In this document: positions 37,601 through 48,124 of the stretch, one piece after another
How positions within the stretch are numbered: the first letter of the stretch is position 1
How the letters are laid out: every line of letters starts with the position of its first letter
NCBI GenBank assembly: GCA_950097015.1
Contig: CATNEN010000008.1
Location: 3,658,001 to 3,722,000, forward strand
Direction: 5' to 3'
Source of the DNA: Macrostomum hystrix
Lineage: Eukaryota > Animalia > Platyhelminthes
DNA: 64,000 nucleotides
Translations under genes and position numbers: made by a program
The notes under the pieces: generated by a model
Databases searched by the model: none
What the model saw: the letters and a program-made list of their open reading frames with translations, nothing else
What the model was told of the DNA's origin: nothing

Positions 37601-39790
37601 TGGTAGAAGAATCAGCTAGAATGGTAGAAGAATCAGCTAGAATGGTAGAAGAATCTGCTAGAATGGTAGAAGAATCTGCTAGAATGGTAGAAGAATCAGC
37701 TAGAATGGTAGAAGAATCAGCTAGAATGGTAGAAGAATCAGCTAGAATGGTAGAAGAATCAGCTAGAATGGTAGAATACTATGCTAGAATGGTAGAAGAA
37801 TCTGCTAGAATGATAGAAGAATCTGCTAGAATGGTAGAAGAATCAGCTAGAATGGTAGAAGAATCAGCTAGAATGGTAGAAGAATCAGCTAGAATGGTAG
37901 AAGAATCAGCTAGAATGGTAGAAGAATCAGCTAGAATGGTAGAAGAATCAGCTAGAATGGTAGAAGAATCAGCTAGAATGGTAGAAGAATCAGCTAGAAT
38001 GGTAGAAGAATCAGCTAGAATGATAGAAGAATCTGCTAGAATGGTAGAAGAATCAGCTAGAATGGTAGAAGAATCAGCTAGAATGGTAGAAGAATCAGCT
38101 AGAATGGTAGAAGAATCAGCTAGAATGATAGAAGAATCTGCTAGAATGGTAGAAGAATCAGCTAGAATGGTAGAAGAATCAGCTAGAATGGTAGAAGAAT
38201 CAGCTAGAATGGTAGAAGAATCAGCTAGAATGGTAGAAGAATCAGCTAGAATGGTAGAATACTATGCTAGAATGGTAGAAGAATCTGCTAGAATGATAGA
38301 AGAATCTGCTAGAATGGTAGAAGAATCAGCTAGAATGGTAGAAGAATCAGCTAGAATGGTAGAAGAATCAGCTAGAATGGTAGAAGAATCAGCTAGAATG
38401 GTAGAATACTATGCTAGAATGGTAGAAGAATCTGCTAGAATGGTAGAAGAATCAGCTAGAATGGTAGAAGAATCAGCTAGAATGGTAGAATACTATGCTA
38501 GAATGGTAGAAGAATCAGCTAGAATGATAGAAGAATCTGCTAGAATGGTAGAAGAATCAGCTAGAATGGTAGAAGAATCAGCTAGAATGGTAGAAGAATC
38601 AGCTAGAATGGTAGAAGAATCAGCTAGAATGGTAGAAGAATCAGCTAGAATGATAGAAGAATCTGCTAGAATGGTAGAAGAATCAGCTAGAATGGTAGAA
38701 GAATCAGCTAGAATGGTAGAAGAATCTGCTAGAATGGTAGAAGAATCTGCTAGAATGGTAGAAGAATCTGCTAGAATGGTAGAAGAATCTGCTAGAATGG
38801 TAGAAGAATCTGCTAGAATGGTAGAAGAATCAGCTAGAATGATAGAAGAATCTGCTAGAATGGTAGAAGAATCTGCTAGAATGGTAGAAGAATCAGCTAG
38901 AATGATAGAAGAATCTGCTAGAATGGTAGAAGAATCAGCTAGAATGGTAGAAGAATCTGCTAGAATGGTAGAAGAATCTGCTAGAATGGTAGAAGAATCA
39001 GCTAGAATGGTAGAAGAATCAGCTAGAATGGTAGAAGAATCAGCTAGAATGGTAGAAGAATCAGCTAGAATGGTAGAAGAATCAGCTAGAATGGTAGAAT
39101 ACTATGCTAGAATGGTAGAAGAATCTGCTAGAATGATAGAAGAATCAGCTAGAATGGTAGAAGAATCTGCTAGAATGGTAGAAGAATCAGCTAGAATGAT
39201 AGAAGAATCTGCTAGAATGGTAGAAGAATCAGCTAGAATGGTAGAAGAATCAGCTAGAATGGTAGAAGAATCAGCTAGAATGGTAGAAGAATCTGCTAGA
39301 ATGGTAGAAGAATCTGCTAGAATGGTAGAAGAATCAGCTAGAATGGTAGAAGAATCTGCTAGAATGATAGAAGAATCTGCTAGAATGGTAGAAGAATCAG
39401 CTAGAATGGTAGAAGAATCAGCTAGAATGGTAGAAGAATCAGCTAGAATGGTAGAATACTATGCTAGAATGGTAGAAGAATCAGCTAGAATGATAGAAGA
39501 ATCTGCTAGAATGATAGAAGAATCAGCTAGAATGGTAGAATACTATGCTAGAATGGTAGAAGAATCAGCTAGAATGGTAGAAGAATCTGCTAGAATGATA
39601 GAAGAATCAGCTAGAATGATAGAAGAATCAGCTAGAATGGTAGAAGAATCAGCTAGAATGGTAGAAGAATCAGCTAGAATGATAGAAGAATCTGCTAGAA
39701 TGGTAGAAGAATCTGCTTGAATGGTAGAAGAATCTGCTAGAATGGTAGAAGAATCTGCTAGAATGGTAGAAGAATCTGCTAGAATCGTAA
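34690..39790. repeat. 5.1-kb 21-bp minisatellite ATG(G/A)TAGAAGAATC(T/A)GCTAGA, about 240 copies
   Basis: 21-bp periodicity; source of the MVEESAR ORFs. Confidence 0.98.
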
Positions 39791-40080
39791 AAGAATCGTG
39801 GGTAGAGTATTATCAGAATCCATTTTGCAACTGATTTGAAATTATGATTTGATAATAATAAATAGTCTCATAATCAATCCATTATGATTTGAAAGTTTTT
39901 AGCTAAACCAAGCGTGCTGAAACGCATCTATCTATGGCCCAAATCGGTGGGTTAATTTGGTAGCTTGTCCTCCTCATTTTGAGGCACCTCGACTGAAGTA
40001 CTTAGCTATTGTATACATACCTTGCTTTAACGATCCCACAGCAAAGTTAACAAGGCGAAGCACTTTGTTTAATTGACGAT

Positions 40081-40461
40081 ATGTCAAAAGGAGACCATGT
40101 CAGTATCGGCTGTGGCGCCAGCGGCGGCGGTGTCAGTGGAGGCGGTGGCTGCGGCGATTCGGACTCTGATTTCAGCCGACTAATTGAGCGCCACCTGCGG
40201 GACTGGGAGCTTCGGCACGGCGAGCTGGCTGTTCAGTTCGCTAGAGACGCCATGGCAGCCGACCCGCGAGTGACCGAGGCTGTCAACAAAGCCGTGCTGG
40301 ACCTGCTCACGCTGGATGAGAAACGGCAGCGACTGGAGTTCGATGCCAAGGTTGATGGCGTAGTGCAAGCTGTGCCGGGCTACGTGCATCGCCAGATCAA
40401 GGCGTTTGTGGCTAAGCTGGATAACGGCCGGCTCGAGTCAGGAGTCGATCGTATTGGTTGA
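40081..40461 (+). CDS. Hypothetical 126-aa protein (Gly-rich N-terminus, helical C-terminal region); no family recognised
   Basis: GC-rich, GC3-biased ORF in AT-rich surroundings, like the genuine exons here; non-repetitive; acceptor-like CTTTAAC...CCCACAG at 40041 upstream of the ATG. Confidence 0.6.
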   Translation: MSKGDHVSIGCGASGGGVSGGGGCGDSDSDFSRLIERHLRDWELRHGELAVQFARDAMAADPRVTEAVNKAVLDLLTLDEKRQRLEFDAKVDGVVQAVPGYVHRQIKAFVAKLDNGRLESGVDRIG

Positions 40462-40594
40462 GCTGCCAAGGCACTGATTCAAGGAGACTGACAGCTGGCT
40501 GAGAAAAGACTTCGATAGTGTTGTTTTCGCTATAATATTAGTCTGCCACACCTCGCTGATTGGCTGTTATCTTGGGGTGAGTGTCTAGCGATGG

Positions 40595-40790
40595 CGAATG
40601 AGGAGTGAGGTGGGCGCTTTGCGATGCCAGGCAAGAGAGGAGTGAGGTGGGTGTTTGGCGATGCCGGGACAAAAGTGAGGTGGGTGTTCGGCAAAGGCGT
40701 GAGAGGAGTGAGGTGGGTGTTTGGCAATGACGGGAGAGGAGTGAGGTGGGCGCTTGGCGATGCCCTGAGAGGAGTGAGGTCGATATATAG
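40595..40790. repeat. Degenerate 33-36 bp tandem repeat (GGAGTGAGGTGGGTGTTTGGCGATG...), about 5-6 copies
   Basis: Direct inspection. Confidence 0.8.
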
Positions 40791-41629
40791 TATTGACATG
40801 AATAAAGTGAGAAGGATGTACGGCAAATGGCGGTAGAAGAATGAGGTGGATGTCGCAGAGGAAGCTAGAGCATTGGAAGACAGGAATTAGTTATAGAAGC
40901 CTTTTTTGCTGGAGTGTTTCATTTATTGAGTTTATTGAGTTTATTCGATAAATAAATATCTTCCTATATTTTTATTTATGGACTATCAGAAAATCATTTT
41001 CGACACAGAATGCACACTAGCAGTAGTCAGTGTAAGTCTTCTTGTGTACTTTTTCACCTTCTTCTCGGTTCGTGAAAAGCCTTTGCTTCCTTCGAGTTTT
41101 CACCTAGAAAATGAAAAATATTAATTTAGCCTTGTTTTTTTACTTCAAGTAGCATGCTCAGAATATATTCGCCTTCTGTAACAGAGCTAAAACTTTCAGT
41201 TCTAAATCTTTCAAATCCTGATAATTTGAAAGTGACCAACCCATTAAAGTTGCTTATGCTAAGAATATAAAGATCTTTATTAAAAAGTGAACAAAGACTG
41301 GTTTATAGAAAATTTTGAAGCATCGGACTAGGATAAATGGTCATTGTTTTAAAGATTAACTAAATTAGGATGCTGGTTTAAAGATGCTGGTTAAAAAACT
41401 AATTTTCAATTCATGCAAGCCAAACGGACACAATTCACCACAGAATACATTGAACAGAATACACAGTGTATTCTGTGCAATTAACTAAAAAAAGTGATTG
41501 TTTAGGCAGAGTAAAAAAGCGCTCCGTTGATTTTAGTTAAAACAAATTTCTGCTGCGTGCTCGCATTGACAGCTTTTGGCAAGATTAACGTAATTTTAGA
41601 TTAACGTAAGAAACATTTTTGGCGAATCA

Positions 41630-42030
41630 AATTAACGAAAAATTAACAGAGTTCTTGTAATTAACGGAATTCTTTGAGTTAACGGAATTCGAAGAAAAAA
41701 CAAAATTCTTAAAATTAACGAAGTTCTTAGAAAAAACGAAATTATAAAAATTAACAACATTCTAAGAATTAACGGAATTCGTAGAATTAACGAATTTCGT
41801 AGAATTAACGACATTCTAAGAATTAACGGAATTCGTAGAATTAACAGAAATCGTAGAATTAACGGAATTCTTAGAATTAACGAAATTCGTAGAATTAACG
41901 GAATTCGTAGAATTAACGGAATTCGTAAAGTTAACGAAATTCGTAGAATTAACGATATTCGTAGAATTAACGATATTCGTAGAATTAACGAAAATCGTAG
42001 AATTAACGGAATTCGTAGAATCAACAGAAT
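41630..42030. repeat. 18-bp minisatellite AGAATTAACGGAATTCGT with decayed left flank
   Basis: Direct inspection. Confidence 0.9.
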
Positions 42031-42494
42031 CCATTTAGGAAATAAATAGTAAATGCGAGTAGAAACTAGTGAAGTTATCGGAAAACAAAAATTTACCATA
42101 AAATAAAACATAACTGAGTAGTTTAACTCAGTCGGCCAGCATTTCATGATCAGGGCCTTTTTGGTAGTAATTCGTAAAAACTGACAATATAATACCACAT
42201 GCGGGCTAGTCACAAAGCATGGTTGGCCTTTTATTAGAAGTTAAAGTTTTTTTGTTCAGTTTTCACCTCTGGTTTTTTTCCAAGTTTCAACTAAATACCC
42301 CGAGGCGTTCTACAAACTTATTTGCATTGGAATATGAGGGCCTTACTGACTTGTACAGTTGCTTACAGCGATATAAGCTCGATTATTTTAATCTTTAATG
42401 CATGAGTTGTAAGGCCAAATACTTGTGAATGGCTTGTGCTTTGAATGAATGACTTGACGACCGTAATGATAAAAGGCACAATAAGACATCCATG

Positions 42495-43097
42495 CAGAAC
42501 TGAAAGACACCCAGAACTGAAAGACACCCAGAACTGACAGACACCCAGAACTGACGGACACCCAGAACTGACGGACACCCACAACTGACAGACACCCAGA
42601 ACTGACAGACACCCAGAACTGACAGACACCCAGAACTGACAGACACCCACAACTGACAGACACCCAGAACTGACAGACACCCAGAACTGACAGACACCCA
42701 GAACTGACAGACACCCACAACTGACAGACACCCAGAACTGACAGACACCCACAACTGACAGACACCCACAACTGACAGACACCCACAACTGACAGACACC
42801 CACAACTGACAGACACCCAGAACTGACAGACACCCAGAACTGACAGACACCCAGAACTGACAGACACCCAGAACTGACAGACACCCAGAACTGACAGACA
42901 CCCAGAACTGACAGACACCCAGAACTGACAGACACCCAGAACTGACAGACACCCAGAACTGACAGACACCCAGAACTGACAGACACCCAGAACTGACAGA
43001 CACCCAGAACTGACAGACACCCAGAACTGACAGACACCCAGAACTGACAGACAGGCCCAGAACTGACAGCCACCCAGAACTGACAGACACCCAGAAC
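42495..43097. repeat. 17-bp minisatellite AACTGACAGACACCCAG, about 35 copies
   Basis: 17-bp periodicity. Confidence 0.97.
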
Positions 43098-43559
43098 TTA
43101 CTGAGGATGCCACTAAATTCAATCCCACTGTTCGTGTCGCACACGGCAAGCACTTCCTCATTAGCCGTTCGGGTAGTATGCAATTCATCTGCTCTCTCGT
43201 CAATCATTCCGCATTTCTCCTTCACACTCCGGTTGGTTACCAAAACATGGGAAGGGATTGCGCAAGTTAATTCTCTATTATCCTCCTTTATCCTCTTCTC
43301 ACAGTCTCATCCCGTCTCCAAAAGACGCTTCCGTCACAGCAGTCAGAGTTTGCATGCTTATGCAACCCGAATAAAAAACATTAGTTCAGAGACACACAAT
43401 CTACGAAGTATAAACAAAGACTCCGCAAGTAATTAACCAACGACAAGTCTTTGTTTCATCGGCAAACATCGATTAAAAAGGATGCCTACGAATGAATAAA
43501 GCGAAACAAACTTTTAATCGCGCAACAACACATGCAGTTTGATAATTTCCTGATCTATC

Positions 43560-43800
43560 TAGACTTAAAAAAATAAACATTAGAGCATAGCAAAACATTG
43601 CTCAAATCTATTCTGAGTTTTATTAATTGAAGAAGAAGACAATTGAAGACAAGAATCGCTGAATATCCCGACGATGCTGACGTCGGACGGCTTTGAAAGT
43701 TAGTTCATCGTAAAGGGCGGAAAAATTTGATTCAGATGTAGCCTGACTTTCATGAAAATCGGTCATTCGGTTTGGGAGCTATCGTGAAGTAGGCAGGGGA
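43560..43800. mobile_element. Possible remnant of a non-autonomous Helentron/DINE-like element
   Basis: Contains TTTCATGAAAATCGGTCATTCGGTTTGGGAGCTATCG, resembling the conserved core of such elements from memory; no diagnostic termini verified. Confidence 0.2.
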
Positions 43801-43819
43801 TATTTTTCCCCAGGTAGAA

Positions 43820-45936
43820 CGCGTCGGAGCTCGCTTCCTTCCTCGGCTTCGCAAAGTTCCTCCAGTTCTACATCAAGAACCTGTCGCATGTCGCCGAGCC
43901 GCTGACAGCACTCCTGCGCAAGGATGTGCCCTGGAACTGGGACAAGAAGTGCGAGGCAGCCTTCAGTGAGGTCAAGCGGCTCATCTCATCCGCGCCGTGC
44001 CTAAAATTCTTTGATCAGAGCCACAAAACAGTCGTCTCGTGTGATGTGACAGCAGCGACGTCGCCCTGGGCGCTACTCTGGGCCAAATTGACGAGCGCGG
44101 ACAAATTCGTCCAGTCGCCTTCGCCTCGCGCGCTCTGTCCGACACCGAGCGCCGTTACTCCGCGACGGAGAAGGAGGCCCTGGCCTCCGGACGCCCTGGA
44201 GGCGTCTGGAGCTGCGAGCACTGACACATTCTGCTGTACGGCCGGAAATTCAAGCTGCTGACCGACCACCAGGCTCTGACCACCCTGCTATCAGCACGCG
44301 GAGGCGGCCAGCGGCCTCTTCGACTTCAACGCTGGTGTGAGCGACTCTTCGTCTACGATTTCGACATCGAGTATGTTCCTGGTAAGCTAAACGTGCAACC
44401 TGAGTTTCTGTCCCGCTACGGCTACAATCGTAAAAAGATCGGCCAAGAATCGATTGATCAACGTCAAACTGAGTCAGACATCAACCTAGTGCTTGCCAGG
44501 AACTCCGAGCCTATTTCAGTTGCTCAGCTCGCCGAGGCCACAGCTAGCGATGACCAACTGCAGCGAGTCGTTCAGTTCGTGCTCAACGGATGGCCCACCG
44601 AGACTCCTAGCGACCTGAAGGGTTTCCATCAGGTGCAGCACGAGCTCTGCCTGTGGAACGAAGGGCGCTGTCTGGCGAGAGGCAGCCGAGCGGTCATCCC
44701 AGCCTCACTCCGCGACCTGGTGTTGACGGAGGCGCATCAAGGGTATCTCGGCGCGATGCCGCGAAACTGTCTGGTGGCCGCGCATTGACAGCGACGTGGA
44801 GCCATTTGTGAAGAACTGCAGCGCCTGCATTCTGTCGGAGAAGGCGTTCAAGCCGATCAAGGTGCCCTGGTCAACCACGGAACTTCCAGCCGGCCCGTGG
44901 AGACAGCTCCAAGTCGACATCGTCGGAGAGCTCCCGGAAACCGAAGCGCCAAATTCGCACAGATTCCTCAGCGTTGTTTACGACCTCTACTCCAAGTGGC
45001 CCGAGATCATCGCGTCTTCATCGGTAACCTCTACTGCCTGCGTCGAGGCCCTTCGCAGCCTGTTCATCCGCTGGGGCCTGCCAGACGAGATCACAACCGA
45101 CAACGGACCACAATTCGTGTCGAGCGAGTTCACGGACTTCCTCAGCGCACTTGGCATCAAGCATCGCCGGACTCCATTCTATTGTCCGCAGCAGAACGGC
45201 GGAGTCGAAAGGTTCAACGGCTTCATCAAGTCTTCTCTACGAGCCCTGCTGGCCGACGGCGTGGCCATGAAGCAAGCTGTGCAGGAACTCCTGCTAGCGT
45301 ATCGCTCGGCCCAACACGCGCTGACCAAGAAGACCCCGGCCGAGATGATGCTAGGGCGGAAGCTCCGCCTGCATCTTGACCGGCTTCAACTGGCCGAGCC
45401 TGAGTCCGCGCCCAGCCAGGCGATGCGGCGCACCGTCCAGGAACAACAGCAGCGAGCCGAAAGTCGCCGGAAACCTTTCAAGCAGAATCAGCAACCGCAT
45501 TGACCGTCGGCAGTCGTGTCCGCGTACGCCGACCGAAGAAAAGCAAACTCGGCAGCGGCATCTCCGAGCCGATGATGGTCGTCAGTCGCAACGGCAACAC
45601 ACTGACGCTAACCGATGGCAGTCGCTGGCACATCAGCCGCTGCATCCCAGACAACCGCCATGGCTGGTGCGACGATGACGGTGAGCTGCCACCACAGCCA
45701 GCGGGTGCGCCGAAAAGCCCAGCGCCACCACCGCCCTATCACCTCTTTGGAGGAGGGATGATGTTGTGAATGGCCTATGTGCACATCTGCTCATAATGTA
45801 CCCATATAATCGATGTACTTCATACATGTGACGTTCAAGAATAAATAAGCACGGCTCTCGCTACGCGAGAGAGCACCCTCTCCTTTGGTTAACTTGAGTC
45901 AGCCTCGTCTCGCTTATTTGGCTAGCAGCCACATCA
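43820..45936 (+). mobile_element. Degenerate Ty3/Gypsy LTR retrotransposon, 3' part (RT end, RNase H, integrase, PPT, 3' LTR)
   Basis: ASFLGFAKFLQFYIKNLSHVAEPLTALLRKDVPWNW; RNase H RPVAFASRALSDTERRYSATEKEAL and FKLLTDHQAL; integrase PWRQLQVDIVG, TDNGPQF, NGGVERFN. Order RT-RH-INT. Several frameshifts and an in-frame TGA near 44222. Confidence 0.93.
45759..45936 (+). repeat. 3' LTR (about 178 bp) of the Gypsy element
   Basis: Follows the polypurine tract GGAGGAGGGA (45749-45758); termini TGATGT...ACATCA are a 6-bp inverted repeat; internal AATAAA near 45840; no 5' LTR copy in the window. Confidence 0.7.
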
Positions 45937-45969
45937 GTTGTTCTATTTAAACATTAATTCGTACATTCG

Positions 45970-46215
45970 AGCGATAGGGGGATTAACACGTTTGCCTCTA
46001 GCACCAAGGTCCCTGAGTTCGATTCCGCGGCGAGGCCACATTCATTTGGGACTTGTCGTGCAAGTCCGTGCAATTTACGCCATTGAGGGCAAACCTGACG
46101 ATGTGAAAGTCAGGGGACTTGTACACACTCCTGTGTGAGCGTGTGTCTGCGTACGTTATCTGTGTGCGTGTGTGCTCAGGAGTCAGCACACAATGAAATA
46201 AAACATTCAAAATCA
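45970..46215 (+). mobile_element. tRNA-derived SINE-like element
   Basis: B-box GAGTTCGATTCC at 46015-46026 in a tRNA-like head; GT-rich body; AATAAA near 46200; head shared with 47765-47830 and 56074-56093. Confidence 0.6.
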
Positions 46216-46684
46216 TTGCCCCATAATTGCCCAGTGTAAATTTGGGACAGTCAGTCAGCCCTGTGCTGCAGTCAGAATAATTATAACAATTGCGATAACA
46301 AAAGATCACCTGTCAACTCCGCCTCCATCCACTGACAATGCAAAGACCATTGAGGACTGTCTAGCACTTCAAACTGACAGTTAGGTCATTAGAGATAAGC
46401 TTTCTTCGGTTATCAATTGGTTGGCTTTTATTGACAAATTGTTAACTTATTCATGAAGATGAAGATAAGGCTAGAACACAGCCTGTCCTATAGATTGATA
46501 AATCTAATACGGCCTGTTGGTTGTTTTTTTTTCAAATTCTTTTTTGCTCAATCAATTCAACAGATTGAAGGCAAGGGTCTAAAAAATATGGTCGCAAGCA
46601 GGTCAAACCGCCTAACACATGACCCATTCTCCACCTGTAGCCATTACCATTTGTTTGCTCAATTTATCCTATATGCTTCTATCT

Positions 46685-47400
46685 AAACCTCCTTTATCTC
46701 AAATCTCACCCACATTATCTCAAATCTCACCCACATTGTCTCAAATCTCACCCACATTATCTCAAATCTCACCCACATTGTCTAAAATCTCACACTCATA
46801 ATCTCAAATCTCACCCACATTGTCTCAAATCTCACCCACATTGTCTCAAGTCTCACCCACATTGTCTCAAATCTCACCCACATTATCTCAAATCTCACCC
46901 ACATTGTCTCAAGTCTCACACTCATAATCTCAAATCTCTCCCACATTATGTCAAATATCACCCTCATGATCTCAAATCTCACCCTCATGATCTCAAATCT
47001 CAGCCACATTGTCTCAAGTCTCACACTCATAATCTCAAATCTCTCCCACATTGTCTCAAGTCTCACACTCATAATCTCAAATCTCACCCACATTATCTAA
47101 AATATCCCCCACATTGTCTAAAATCTCTCCCACATTGTCTCAAGTCTCACACTCATAATCTCAAATCTCACCCTCCAATCTCAAATCTCACACCCATAAT
47201 CTCAAATCTCAACCACATTGTCTCAAATCTCACGCTCTAATCTCAAATCTCTTCCTCTAATCTCAAATCGCTCCCTCTAATCTTAAATCTCACCCTCTAA
47301 TCTCAAATCTCACCCTCTAATCTAAAGTCTCAGCCTCCTGATCTCAAACCCTAACCCCATCTCAAAACTCACCCTCACCTCAAAGCTCAATCTCAAAAAA
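46685..47400. repeat. 21-bp minisatellite TCTCAAATCTCACCCACATTG decaying into shorter TCTCAAATCTCACCCTCTAA units
   Basis: Direct inspection. Confidence 0.92.
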
Positions 47401-47764
47401 GAATTTTTTGTTTTTATTTATTTCTACCGAATAATCTGCAGGCAAGACAATGTTCCACTCCAATGGGCCCAGTATGGCCCAAAATTTCCATAAAGATTCT
47501 AAGAATTCCAAGCGTGCTAATGGCAAAGTTTGCCAGACAGAAAAAAATTGTCGCATTTATAATTATCGCCGTTAGTATGCGAGTGCGGTGAAAAAGATTG
47601 GACATGAGCACAACACGTGTGCTCAATTTACCATTGGTGTATTCGAGTAGCCGCATTGCTTCTTAATAAGGAAGCAATTAAAAATTATTCACCTCATTAT
47701 CTGCCTCAATCGCTTTAACAAATAATAATAATAATATTTGCAGGTGGGCAGCGGGTACTGGCAA

Positions 47765-47830
47765 GTGGCCTCGCCGAGGAATCGAGCTCAGGACCTTGGT
47801 GCGAGAGAGCGCTCTGCCACTCACCGCCGA
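47765..47830 (-). mobile_element. Second copy of the tRNA-like SINE head
   Basis: Minus strand GTGAGTGGCAGAGCG (A-box/D-loop-like) ... CTCTCGCACCAAGGTCCTGAGCTCGATTCCTCGGCGAGGCCAC matches 45996-46039 at 40 of 44 positions. Confidence 0.6.
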
Positions 47831-48124
47831 TGTCTCCTAAATTAAGCATTTTTATAAAGCGACGATCAAATTTGGGTTCCAGCCAATAGGATCGCTTCTT
47901 GACTCCCCCGGTAGCGAATGAAGCCACCGCTGCTGTTGGGCGGAGGGCTCCGAGCCGCGGATTGGGTGGTATTCTAAAGCACTCCCGACTCCTATCTTTG
48001 ATTTTAGAAGCCAAAGAAGATATTTCATTTCTTTCCTAATCAAAATCAACATCAAAAGAAAGCATTTTGACGTTGAGAAAAATCTGTTTAATTTATTTTT
48101 AAGTAGTAAATCTCAATCTGAGCA

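Noticed and set aside
35059-39720. MVEESAR ORFs up to 866 aa as a protein-coding gene
   Set aside because: Pure translation of a 21-bp satellite, with no unique N- or C-terminal sequence, no splice sites linking to other exons, and frameshifts within. Kept only as a low-probability finding.
47345-47360. Telomeric repeat (CCCTAACCC)
   Set aside because: A single unit inside a decayed satellite edge; chance match
47765-47830. Functional tRNA gene
   Set aside because: No complete cloverleaf (acceptor stem does not pair, B-box has GAGCTCGA); better explained as a SINE head
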